The notes under the pieces were generated by a model, which saw nothing but the letters and a program-made list of their open reading frames with translations, made no database searches and was not told the DNA's origin. Shown here one piece after another: positions 36,364-50,100 of a stretch of 64,000 nucleotides of DNA. The DNA comes from Podarcis liolepis. Taxonomy: Eukaryota. Numbering within the stretch: the stretch's first letter is position 1; the number at the start of each line of letters is the position of its first letter. Location: NCBI GenBank assembly GCA_965112155.1, contig OZ218103.1; one strand, given 5' to 3'. The position numbers were made by a program, and so were the translations under genes.

Positions 36364-39300
36364 TAAAAGGCTTTTAATCTTACTCAACTTTGTCACCACT
36401 AGTTTTAGCAGGGAAAGAAAACAGTCTGTTTTGTTAATACTCTCTTTATCAGGCCAAATGATCCTTCCACCAATTAGTTGCAAAGACAGTGGCCTCCCCA
36501 TGCTGTGGTAGTTTGGCCCTCTGACCAATCTAATCTCAGTAGAAGTATAGTATGCCCAAGTATCAGCTGTGCACAAACTTCCTTTTTGTGAACAAGCAAA
36601 AAGCCTTGGTTGATCATAGTGCTTGGTTATGCCCAAATGGCTTCCAAACAAGCCAAAGTATGGAGTTAAAGGTTTTAAGTTTGCTTATATATCTTAGCTT
36701 GTTTGGCAGCTATTAACCATTTGTTCATAGTGGGAACAGGGAACCATGCTTAACTAGGATTTCCTGGCTTGTTTCACAGCTCACACAAAGGGAGGAGCAA
36801 AGCTTCCATGTGTGGGTGCCTGACACTCCTGCATATTGCAGCTTAGAATTTATTGTCATAGCACAGTTATCAAGCAAACTTGGTATACAACTAAATCAGT
36901 ACAGCAGGTGTGAGAAACCTGTCGTTCTCCAGATGTTACTGAACTACAACTCCCATCAGCCCCCACAAGTGTGGCCAGTGATGACAGTTCATCAACATCT
37001 GAAGAGCCAAAGGCTCCCCACATCTGCAGTACAGATCAGCCATAAGTTCTAAATCTATCCAGTATTTCTTACTGTTCCCCCCACCCAAATATATTTATAC
37101 ATTAAGCTTCTCTATCTTTTTCTTCCGCTTGAATTTATTTTGCTTTTGCTTTTCTAACTTCTGTTTTCTGCTTCTAACACTGATGGTACATTTTAATTCA
37201 CTGGTTGCCACTTATTGCTAATATTCCTAATTGATGGTGATCTGTGGGTTTCAGCTACAAAAGAGTTGTACGGGGAAAAGAGCCGAACATATTAATCTAC
37301 CACTTTTGCCTGAACTGGTGCCATAACGCCCACTGCCAGCACTGGTGTACTATAGCCTTTTGGACTAGCCCTGCATGTGTTACAAGAGGTTGTTATAGCT
37401 GCTGGTCCTCAGAAGTCCTGTTCACATAAGTAGCGGAGCCAAGCATTCAGGACAAGTTCATTCAGGACAATTATAAAAGTATTTAATATAACTTGATTTG
37501 TTGACATAAGATGTTGTGATGACTACTGGGTTAAATGACTAAAAAAAGATTATACCAAATACATGAAATAGGCCAGAAGCAGTATGCGCCTGAATACCTG
37601 TTGTGTTGGGGAGGATACTGTTTATGCATTGCTTCTTGATTTCATGGAAATGTGACTTGACCACTGTGGGAAACAGAATGATGACACTTTAGTTCAAAGC
37701 ACAGCTTGGATGAAAGATCAGGACGAAAGTGGGGGGGGGGGTGTATTTTCTAAGCCGCATACTGTTGAGTACTTGGAAATAGAAACAGCTTCTTTAGGGG
37801 AGGGGATCTGAATTCCACACAACAAATAAATAGTAACTGTGTCTTTGTAGCATGAAATACTATAAAAGGAACCTCTGTGAAATCAGACATTTACCAAAGA
37901 AGCAGACTATCGCATCCCTTAAAAGTCGCACAAGCAACTGTTTCACTGGATTTCATACTGCTCAAGCATTATTCTCGCCCTTATGCTAGCGCAGCAGCTC
38001 TTGCTTTGGCGGTCAGAGGATGCTGAATCCAGGCTAGAGCTTTCTTCTTTAGCTCTGTCTTTTCAACCACAAAAGTAGATTTATTTGTTTTTATTCTGAA
38101 AGCAAATTGGGAAACAGTTTACAAAAACTGACAAAGAAAACATTCAAATACTTTAAACTAGATTCATCTTTGGTTACTTATTTCAGTTCCAGTAAAACAT
38201 ACTGCTGATGTAGTTCAGGAAAAAAGTCAGACCAAGTAAAACATAAAAACCAATATTTGCCTTCTTTACACATCCATAAATATCTGCAGTATTAGAAAAA
38301 TGTTTCGTAAAGATTCTTTTCTGGCAGTGTTAAATTATACACAGGCTACAGACTTTTTTCCTAAGATTTAATGACAAAGTTTAGCTATTTACAGACTGCA
38401 AATATTAAGACATAAAATTCCTTCATAAATATGAAAATAGACCTTGCAAAGATCTTTAAACCTTAATCAAATATTTGGCTGCCCCCAAAGGTTATTTTTG
38501 CATAGAAATGTAGTGACATGCAGTATAAACAGCAGCATTAAGTGCAAAGAGGAATTATTCAAGTGTCTGTAGTTAAACTGGCAAGAAACACCAGTGTTCT
38601 TGGACAAGATACAGCAACCAAGAATAACCTATCATACTCCTGTCTTCTGCTGGGGTAGCAATTTGTTACATACAATTATACACAGTCATCTTTCACCAAT
38701 CAGTCACAAGTATTGCTGCTATTACGTGTTTAATAAATGTAACATAGAAAGATTGAGTGAATTAAAAACAGATTGGGGATCTTAGATGGGTCTGCAGGTC
38801 GCTTGTAAGAAAGCAAGATGCATCTGTCAGCAAATCAAAAACATGATAAAAGCAAAATTCACTATTGTATTTGTATAAAGCACTGCCACTGTCTTGCCAC
38901 AATCTGTATTCATTACAGCTAATAGCCAACAGCTGCTCTGCAATACTGGCTCTAGACTGCATACCCAGAAGGCCTTATGGCCAGGGGCTCTTACATGTTG
39001 TAAAAGTGGATAGCATACATTTAATTTTAGCCACACAATGACCAAGGAATTGGCTTCCACCAAGCTCCTTCAAAAAGAACTCCATTACAATGTGGGCTGG
39101 AGAAATGTCATGCTTTCTGTACCAGGATAAGAGACTAAAGCCTTGCACTAGCATTCTGCTAAGAATGCAGAGCAGCCATATAAGCAGCGACCCTCTCCCC
39201 CAGCTCAAGAAAGAATACCACATCTGATAGGTTGTTTGCAGAAAAACTGCATGAAAGCAGGAAAAACATAGATGAAGCAAAATTAGAGAGGCCACTTGTT

Positions 39301-41117
39301 TAAATCTTCACAAAACAGTAAGAGCACAAGTCAAACATCTAAAGGCTACAGGGTTCTAGGAGCTCACACATCAACCACAGACCAGAGTAGGCAGAAGTGT
39401 GGACTCCTTTCATGGCCTCTAAAGCAGACTCCAGTGCTCAGTTCTTTCAGTATCCATGCACTGATCAAGAGTAAATGCTTCTTCCTTGGAGGAACAAAAT
39501 GTTACTATATCCTAAGTGTGCAGTGAGATGGTAACACATTTATTTTTCACTGTCTTTAAAAAAATGCATGCAAAAAAATAGCTGTGGGGAGTTCTCTGGA
39601 AGGAACTTGACAAGGGCTCCTATATAAATAAGCATAGATTGCAAAAAGATGTTACTGCTGTTAAGGTTGCAACAAGCAACTCTTGGGCAAAATATTGTTA
39701 CCTGTTTTTCAAATATTTCTATATCTGTGATCCCCAAATTATTGCTTGATACTTTTTGTGGACTTTCACCGTTTTTATGGTTCCTTTTTGAGGGGTTAAT
39801 AAGAGAGGACATCTACACACATCAGGAAGCAGCACTGCTTTTTTATTTCTTCCCCACAGGGGAGTTCTCATTAGCCTATTATATTAAAATAAGGGACTAG
39901 AGTCAAGACTTGGGACTCCAATCCCTCTTATTCAGCACATACTAACTTCTCTCTACTTTGAGCATTGTGCTGGACTTGATACTCAGAAAGAGAGACCAGT
40001 AAGGACTGGAAGTACTATTTCTGCAGCTACAGTCAGAGTCTAGTGAACAAGCATCCCTCTTCCAATGGAGGAATCTCAGGTGAGGTACTTTTAAGTTATA
40101 CAAAATGCAAATACAGACCAAGTTTCCATATGTGCACACATCTGTTCAGAGTGTGTGACTGACCCACATGGAGAGGCTAATTGAAGAGTTGCACAAAGAG
40201 CTGGACAGAGCTGGATTTTAAGAGAATGCTGATGCGGAAGGGCTGTCTTATTTTTTAAGAGCTCTCATGTCAAACACTTGGATGGTTATATACTTAATTT
40301 CTTCTACAATATAGAATTGGAGATACTGAAGAGTTACAAACACACAGCTGTTCATCCTCTTTGTGCACTTCAAATTTACTGAATAGGCATTTGGTTGCAC
40401 AGCACCTATTATTGCTTAAGGAAAATGGGATCGACCTCTTTCTTGGTCATGGTATTAAGGTGACCAAAGCAAGTAATAATTGGACAAGGAATGCTTGAAA
40501 TAGGAATCTGAGCTGTTTGCTTCCAGTGTTTGAAACTGGATTGGAAGAGGTAGGAAATTTAGCTCCAGCAGTCAAGTCTGACTTTCTTCAGTGGAAGTTT
40601 GGGTTTCAGGCCAGCACTATGAACCTGTCATTATAACAGAGGTACAGGATGCTGCCACCTTATCTATCTATGTTGTCCCAGCATTGCCAGTTTCCATCTT
40701 GTTATACTCAATAAGAGGTCATTTATACCTGCTCAGCAGCTCTCAAGAATGGACACAAAAAGAGTTTTATAGATTTTTTTAAAGGATGCTGCCAAGTTTG
40801 GAAGAATTTCTTCAATGGGATCTAAACTGTGTACACTGACAGAAAATGGCTTCTAAGTAGAGGCAAGCCTAGGATCCCAAATTTATGGCCCTGCATTGAT
40901 CCAGGCATTCCATGGAGATATTGTTCTCCCCTTCTGCCTGCAGTAGCTGCCTCCTGAGGTACGGTAAGGGATTACGATCTCTCACACACTGACATACATG
41001 CTGTCTCTCCAAATGGACTGGTCTGGTTGCTACACTTTGCTAGAGTATTCTGAAATAAAAAATTAAAAAAGCAAAGAAGTTGGGAGGAATATGCCACCAT
41101 GGTATCATGGCTGAACT

Positions 41118-44100
41118 TTAAATGTCACATTTTGATTGCTCGCATACTGATGCTGGTGCATCTGAAGATGGCAGAGAAACAAGATTTGAGATGTCACTAT
41201 CCACTGCCTCAAAAAGAGAGGCTTCTCTGCCAGACTGTGGGGGAGGGTTAACACTGAACAATAGTTTGGAAGACTCCGACCTAGTGGAAGGCATGTTCCT
41301 TTGAGTTTCATCTTCAACTTCCATATCTTCAGAGGAGATGCAGCTCATAAACATCTCTGAGGATCTACTATCTGAATGGTCTAAATTATGTGCCAGGATA
41401 CCATCTACATTCTGGGCAACTTGCCCCCTGGGCTTTCCGAGTTCTACTTCCTTAGCAAAATTTACAGGGCAGTACCCATTTTCATCTTGGGGCTCCAGTC
41501 CATCAGAATAGTCCATTTCTTCCTCCTGCAGAAGAGGAGAAGGTGAGTCCTGCCTATGATGTTTGGCCTGAAAAGGAGGAATCTCAGACACTCCATATTG
41601 ACTGCTGCTCAGTAGCTTCTGCCGCACTTCAGCCCCCAGCTGGCTGGGATCACATCTACTAATGGTTGAAGAGAGATCCCCAAATCTATTATCTTTATGC
41701 ACAAATTCAAGAGATCCTGGAAGTGATCTGCTCCGTCTTACAGGAAGGAAAGAGGAGTCCAGCCAGTCAGTGTTAGAAGTCTGCCGGAATGGGGTCTGGT
41801 TCATCTTTAGACATCCTTCTGCCTCCGGGGAGTGCAAGTCAAATACAAGTGATATCACAGATTTGCTTGGCAAATCAAAAAATTTGACCTTTCCACCTTT
41901 CAAGTCTTCCCTAGAATTGAAAGGGTTGACTTTCCGGTTTGCCCCTTTGCTTGGTGTATAGTAGGGGTCCTGAACATTTATCTTGCGGCAAGGTTTGCGA
42001 GAGAATATGTCTGACTGACTGCGCGATAGCCAGATATTGCGCCGTGGACGGGGTGATTTAGGTGGAATCTTGTCATCCAGTGAACTTAGCCTTTTTACTC
42101 CTTGTCCCCTCTCCAGTAAACCTAGAATGGAGAGAAAAAGAAAATCAGACTTAAAGGATGTTGCTAGCGACAGGATTAGAATGATACAGAAAAAGATCAC
42201 CAGTGTACATATGACATTCTGTTCAGTCTTCCACAAAACCCCACACCTTGGAAATGTATGGACTCACATGGAATTCTGTATCAATTGAGATCCAAATAAT
42301 TTTTTATTCAGCTAAGTAGGAAGTAAAGGTCTAGTATAGAATATTAATACTAATAAATAGTGTTTAAAGTAAACTAAGGATTGATATGATCCCTAACTCC
42401 TCATGTTCATCCAAAATCTTTTCTCTAAGTCAACATTTTACTGCTTTGAGCTTCATTCTGCATAGACCATTAGAAGGGAATGAAGAACCAATTGTTAAAG
42501 ACTGAAGACAGAATAACAAGTCTTATCTCTATTACATGTGGGCAAGTATTTTCAAAGGCCAACCATAACAGGAGATATATCCTTCCCATTCTATTATTGT
42601 GCTCTGTGCACTAGCAGATTGTTCCCAAGAACAAGAGTTGAGGAGGACAGCCACCATTTCATGAGACTATAAGACAAATTCATGCTACTAAAGGCTGATG
42701 TTTTCAACGTGAGGTTTCCTTAGAGCAAAGACACCCCTGTGCTTTGAAAGGTGAAGGCAAACAATAATACCTCCCTCTGGAAGTGAAGAGGTTATATTCC
42801 ACATCAGCTTTGAAACAGCACATAGTCCAGTGCAGAAACTATGACACACAGCAGTTGGGCTTGGGGGTAAAATCTGTTAAATACATGTAAATAATGCATC
42901 ACTAAATAGAGCAACTGCAAATATTAAGGTCAAGTGGAAAGTGGCTGTCTCAGCCATGTAACAGCTTCCTCTCAAAACTGAGAACAGGTACCCAAATTTT
43001 GGCTGCAATTTCTCTAAGCACACCAGGGGGCAGTGTGATGCTTTACAAGAAGGTACAATCCAATCCTAACACCAACACTTCCTATGTTTTATTATGTTAA
43101 ACATACATATTTCTGGGTACATTAAAGGATTTGCAATTAACCAGCACTGATACAGAAACCTTTTGAACAAGTTTCAGGGTCCACATGTATCTCCCAGATA
43201 TGAAAGCGCTTCCTCATTTGCACAATGCCAAGTACAGCTCTCCTCACATGTCTCCAGTGCCCTTAATATTGCAAAGAATGAAGAACCCAGTGTACTCTGG
43301 ATCAAGCTGACAGCGGCTATCGCTGTTCAAATGAAGGCACTTTTCCATACAGTCCTCAATCCTTATTGTGTGGGGTAATGACACCTATGGCCCAAAACAA
43401 TGTATCCAGTCCCTAGATTCATTTCACTCGCAGTTTCCACAAACCAACTTGCAGCAGTAGTCTTCAAAGCTGCAAGAATTCAAACTGATCTGATATAGTC
43501 TCTAGGAAATACTTTGCAATAAGTCAGCCTCTGGTTAAAGGTCAGACATCCCAAGCCAACAAGGAAGAGCTTAATTTGGATGAAGTTCCTGGAATCTGTT
43601 TCACAAGGGCACAGCAGACACCAGGAGCCTTGTTTGCTTCTAAAATTAGATATTTAAACTCCAAAAGTGCAAGCTACAGAAAAAGCTACTAACAGCTAGT
43701 AGTTACTTATGTAACAGTTTCCTTTTGAGGTCTATATAGTTAGAATTTGGGTACCTACGGAGCAGGGCTTTCGAAAAAGTGGGAAATAAGAATTAAAAAG
43801 ATGAACGATAAAAGTTTACATCATATTCAAATAAAATGTTCCCTTTGAAAAATAAAATAAGAGGACTAATGTCAAGCAACAAAGCATTTGTGAGAACTGG
43901 TCTTCATCTGTCATAGCCTATGATGCATAAAAAATGGGTGTCTCAGAAATTATATTAGGGTATGGGGAAAAGTTTGTTCTCAAAGTGGCACCTCCTCTGA
44001 TCCTGCAAGGATTTCTTAAACCAAACAAAGGATTATTTTACTCCACTAGTCAAGTTGACCCTTAATGACATTTAAGCAGAGCAATTCTAATTCACATTTA

Positions 44101-47100
44101 CACATGGGGCGTGGCAGAGAGAAGACAAGACAACATCCTGGAGATCCACTTGCAGAGTGTCCATCATACCAACTGTCCTGCTACTGCCACTGCAAACAGA
44201 GCAGCTTCCTTTTCTCTCCCCAACCTGAACTGACAGGGCTGGGACAGAGTTGCACCTTTTCCATAGGCCTGTCTGGGGAAAAGGGGCTTTGGCACACACC
44301 TTGTTTCCCCAACGCAACATCAATATTGAATTTCGTGATAATGCACCTCAAGTCAAGTTTTCTTATTTAGAAATAAAAGTATTATTTCTGGTTTACATTC
44401 CCCATCAAAAATTCAAGAAAGGAACCCTCACTATAATACAATTTTTGTTATTCTTGCTTAGTAAATCAGAGCAGCTTTGTGCTCATTCCCCTTGATCCCT
44501 ACCTTTGGAAACTGAGATGGGTTTTCGATCTGTGCTGTCCAGATTTAGGAGCTTTCTTTCTCTTTCAGCATCCTCACTTTTCAAATCCCCTAGAATTTCC
44601 TCCAGTGTCTTGGCAATGTCAGCAAATGAAGGACGTAATTTTGGGTCCATCTATTAACAAAATAAGTGACAAGATACATCAGAGCTTAGTCATGAAGAAA
44701 AATCTGTACACATAGCACTTTGTTACAAAAACATGATTTTATTGGTTTTTTATAAATTAATTCTCACAGGCACCATCTTTAACGCATGTATACCTACAGG
44801 CATATTGTTATGTTACATGGAAGAAAGATTAACTGATGTTTCATTTTGACAAAGCCATACATCTAAAGCAATGTGGAGCAGAGGAACTATAACTTTTAAA
44901 ATATCCTCTTTGCTTTAAAATATCCTATTTGCATTCCAGAAATCTAACATTAGATTGTATAGATGCCCTCTCCTCCAAGTCCCTCATGAACCATTTATCC
45001 AAGTTACCAGAGGCCTCAGTGTACTGATGTTTTGTTTTAAGAAATATGCTCATTCCATTCTTTTCCTTTAAATATACTCACATTGCAGCAGTTGAAGGCC
45101 AACTGGAGGAAGTTAGGGGGACAATCTCCCACCATGTGCTGGAAAGCATCATAATCCAACCCAAAATTCTGCAAGTAGAGGTGGAAAAAGAAAAGGCAGG
45201 TAAAAGTTAACAATTGAGGCACAAGAGAGATATGGGGAGGAAACATGTGCTAGACGAGGAAATGAGGAAATAATGAAGACAGTGTTACAAGGCAAAGCAT
45301 GAAAGGGAATTACAGATAATAATTCTCTACTTAAGCAATACAATGAATTACATATATAGGTTATTCCCCATACAAGCAACACACCAAATCACATTTATTA
45401 GTGCTCTAACACAAAAGCAAGGTTCCTATGTAGATATGAGCAATGGCAAGGGGAAAGGGTAATTTCTTCTTATCTCAGTTTGTGCCTTGATCTTGTATGG
45501 ACACTGAGGTACACTTACTGTCTCCTAAACATTCTGCCATATGAGCTGAATTTATCAGCTCATATAACCTGACATTCCTAACTGTACAATGTTTAGCCAT
45601 CTACAGCTTAAAATGCATAAACTGCATAACGTATCTGTGATGAAGTAGGAAAACTTTCAACTTGAATCATAATCCATCTAGTTTTGCAATAACTTTGGCA
45701 TGGACTACTTTAAGAGTTGGTAATTTCATAAGTTCTCTCCAAGGCAAGATGACTGCCTCAAAAGTCCCCCCTTCTCTTGCAAAGAGAAGACATTTTCTAC
45801 ACTTTCAGTTTGAGAATATTTCATAGAAAGCTGCCTTAAGCCAGGTCAGGCTACTTGCAGTTTGGCCAAGCATCATCTACTTCAGCTAGCAGCAATTCTC
45901 AAGTGTCACCTGCAGAGGTCTATCACATCAGTGCCTACCAAGTCTTTTTAACTGGAGATGCTTGGGGTTGAACCTGGAACTTTCTGCATAGGTAAGATAG
46001 GGCATGACAACTTCTCTCTTATCCTGCTCACTGAGGTAGTGAGGCAACTCGCCAATACCAAAATGTATTTCTAATTTAGAAGAGAAGGATTCCTATGTAG
46101 ATAGTCCTCTTTCAGTGAATAAGGTACCATCAATAACCTGCTTTGGGTTATACCAGTCAGATATTATAGAAGCTCATGACTAATTCCTGATATAGCACTC
46201 ACCTGCAAAGTATAATTATGTGCTTTAAATGGGGAAGGAGTGGAGAGAAGGGGTTAGTGCCAGTCTCTGCATAATACTGTAGCAGAGGATGAATGCTTTC
46301 TTAGAAGACTTATACAGCGGTCATTCATCATGTGTTCAGCAACTCTGCAAACATTAATGACCCAGCGAAATTCTTGAGGATTCTTCCCTTTCCAGTCCTT
46401 GTTAATGCACTCTGCTTACCTCTGTGCGAGGGAGATAGTCTGGATCTGCCTGGATCCTTGCTATAATCTCACAAAGAATGATGCCATACGAGAATACATC
46501 CGCCTGAGGAGGGGTGGAGGGGGAGAAAGAAAACATGACCACAACTTTATTACAAGCACTCCTATGCTGCCTGATCTGGTAGGGTCTCCCGTCCCCATTC
46601 ACATGACAAAAGTATCCTCTATGGTGTTCATGTTTTTTACTTTCCAACATTTGCCAAAGTTCTAGGTCAAGCAATTAAAACCTAGGCCTGCAGAGTGGCA
46701 GTCTCACTTTCTTCTCCTAAGGGATAATGCATAAAAGCACGTTCATTGAACAGGTATCTTAGAACCCAGAGATGTACCTGTAAACAGGGCTCCATGTGGA
46801 CTTTTCAACTTTGAGGTGATCTCCGCTTCCCCATCTCTGCTGCTCAATGCATGTGTGCAAGCCCCAGATCAAGGTCCAATTGGCTGTTTCCCTTTCCCTT
46901 CCATGCTTCAGGTAGGCTGCCCAATTTGTATTGTTATATGATCAAGTGTATATTTACTACACTTTTTAAAAAAATGGCTAACCTTTATTGACTCTTAAAA
47001 CTGCTCTGAGAAGATGTGACTGTGGTTGAGGCCAGCTATTTTTATTTTATTTTTTTTACCAACAACCAAAACACAGTGAAAACAAACAGTGAAACCCCCC

Positions 47101-50100
47101 AGGCGGCTGATACATTGGGTATAGATAATCAATAATAACATATTCAAATCAACTGTATTTACAATTCTAGATACCTTAACACTCCTCCCTCCACAAGGTC
47201 TATTTAACTTTTAACATTTTTTAAAAAAAATATTTATTGAGATTTTACACAAAACATACCAAACATAATTTTTTTTAAGAGTTAAAAATAATTAAACCAA
47301 CCATTACACATACAAAAAAGAAAAAAAAGAAAAAAGAATGACAACTAACAGCTAATCAGTACTGTGCAAAACTGGCTTTTGTTGCAAACCAGAAGAACAT
47401 ATTTAAGCTCAGTCTGGGAGAGCCTGGACAAAAATGTGGTGTGCTAAAAAATAATGTACATCTAATGTACATGTATCCCACTGCCCACTCCAAACAAGGA
47501 AAATCAGAAAATGTTGCAGTATTAATTGGGAGAGAGAGCTCATCCAAACAATTACCAAATGTATTTAGAGCTATAGAAACTACTACTCACAGGAAAGAGA
47601 AAGTACATAACACATTGCTGTGCAATATTCAAAACAAAACAGCATGTGTATGACTAGAGAAAACAACCTCCCCTATAGCATATCATACCTATCATATGAG
47701 ATAATTCAGCTAGGTACTTGCAGGCACAGGGTTTCATATGATTTATGCTGTGCTGCTTTTTACTTGCTTATCTAGAAGCATTTATTGCCATAATAAAACT
47801 GTAAAGGTTGAGAAACCCATTTTTTGCTACTCTGAAAATTAAGAAAAACAGAAACATTGGATATTTATTCCACTTAATGAAATAAAAAGTGCTGTTGTTC
47901 CATTCAAATGGGATCTATAGTAATCCACAGAACTCTGAAATCATGTTCAGGAAGGAGCAGGTTCCAATTGAATTTTCTACGTAGGACCCATTCAGCTAAA
48001 CGTATTAATTACTATCATGTTAGAACAGCTTTAAAGCTACAGATGCTCACAAGTCCCCCACCCCCAACTATGCCAGGCAACCAGCAACCCAGTATCTATT
48101 AACTAATGTATAATTAAAGAAGACCAACCTTTTCATTATATGGCTCATCTCTCAGCACTTCAGGTGCCATCCAGTAAGGAGAGCCCACCACTGGTAGTTT
48201 CTCACTTTAAACATTTGAAGAGAGAGGTGGTTAGAAGCTGGCAAATTAAGCATTTCTTTGCAACTCCTTTCACTTTCAGCATGGGAACAAGTACAAGCTG
48301 TTCTCTTGCCATTCATATTGATTCTATTTGTCTGGACAACAGAAGGTGATGGAGAGAGCAGAGGTGAAGTGTGAAGCGGCCAGAGTACCACTGCAAGCCA
48401 AAAGAGCTTCTGTCCTTTCTTCTGAAAGGCCTCTTCATATTCTAGGCTCTTTAGAGCAAGTCTTCAGATATCATTAACAGGCAACAGTTGACACTTCAGA
48501 ACACCATTCAATAGCAGATAATCATTATCTTGAACAAAATATCCCATGACAAATCAGACTATTCAGAAGTTTCTCCCTAGACAATTCAGAAAAGTATTCT
48601 ACTTAGGAAGCATGATGGGACGCTTCCTGGAAATTGAAATAATTCATTTCCATATTTATAGAGCAGCTGTGTTGAGTCAGTACATTTTTTAATTTTGTTT
48701 CACCCAAACTGTTCTAGTTCAGTTCATTAATGGATCACTTATCCAATGGGAAGAATATGACAATACTGATTTGCATAACTGCTTGAAGCATGTTCAGGGT
48801 CAAAATAGTCACTAAAATAGTAATTTTACAGAACCCCACTCATTAGTATTCATGGTACCTTACACATCAGTTAAACCATTTTGATATCTTTTTTAAAAAA
48901 GAAAATGAAAAACAGGAAGGCAAGGAGAAAGGTTTCTAAGTGGCGTGAAAGAACTGTATGGAACTTTCAGGAACTGATTTCAGTGTGAGAACTCAAATGC
49001 GGATCGTGTAAAGGAAGATATACCTGAGCATGTGCAAAGTACTTATATTCATCACTGAGCAAACATATACTGCAGCAAACACTGAGGATCAAAAGGTGCA
49101 TGTCAAGGTGAGCACCAACATCTATCTTTTTTAGGAGATCACCTCATTTAGCCACTATGCAAACTCCTGGTAAAAACTCCCAGAGCAACTTCAGTCTTAG
49201 TCTATTGCAGCTAAAACAAAGAGGCTTATAGCACCTTAAAGTCTAACCAATTTATTATGGCATAAGCTTTCATGGTCTGGAGTCCATTTCATAAGTTGCT
49301 GCTGGGACTGTTATCCTCACTTGACAGATACATATACACACTGGGGCATACAAGAGAGAAAATATAAATAGGTGGGCTAAAAAAAGCCAATAATTGCAAA
49401 CAGGTGGAATACAGTCCTGTTCTTCTTCAGCTTTGGTTTTGCAGGTTGCTGCTGATTTGAAAGCTGCCACTCTCTATTAGAAGAAATTCAAAGGGAAATC
49501 TAGCATGAAATAGAAGAATTAGAACTAATAACTATATTTGATTTTGTTTGCCCTGTTTGGCAAGGTTAATTCTGTTTGAATATACAAAATGGTTCTCTCT
49601 CCCATTACAGGTATTAGCAATGAGAAGTTGATTCTGTTAAATAACTTATAACCAATACCTGCTGCTGTGAATGGTCACTACTTGCTTGACAGATTAAAAG
49701 CTTTACTGAATTTTCAGACTGTACCTTTAAATTTCTTTGCCACTTTATTCCCACGGCTGTAGGATTTCCCCCATATTTTATGTTTGCAGTAATATTCCTC
49801 ATTTTGATTCATGCCGACAATGCTACTAACCTGAAGTCGGGGATTTTCTCTGCTAAGCCAAAGTCACCAACTATAGCAGAATATCCATTCTCATCATGCT
49901 TTATCAAACAGTTCTGAATGAAAAGAAGAGGGGAATTAGTGTGGTCCACATTTGAATCCCACCATTAAAAACTTAAAACTAGGAAGCAATGCAAGTAAGA
50001 GTGTGTGTTATATGGTATCCCACCCTTCATCAGAAGCGATCTCGAGACAGCTCACAAAATTAAATATACAATCAACTAACAAACCATTAATCATAGTAAC

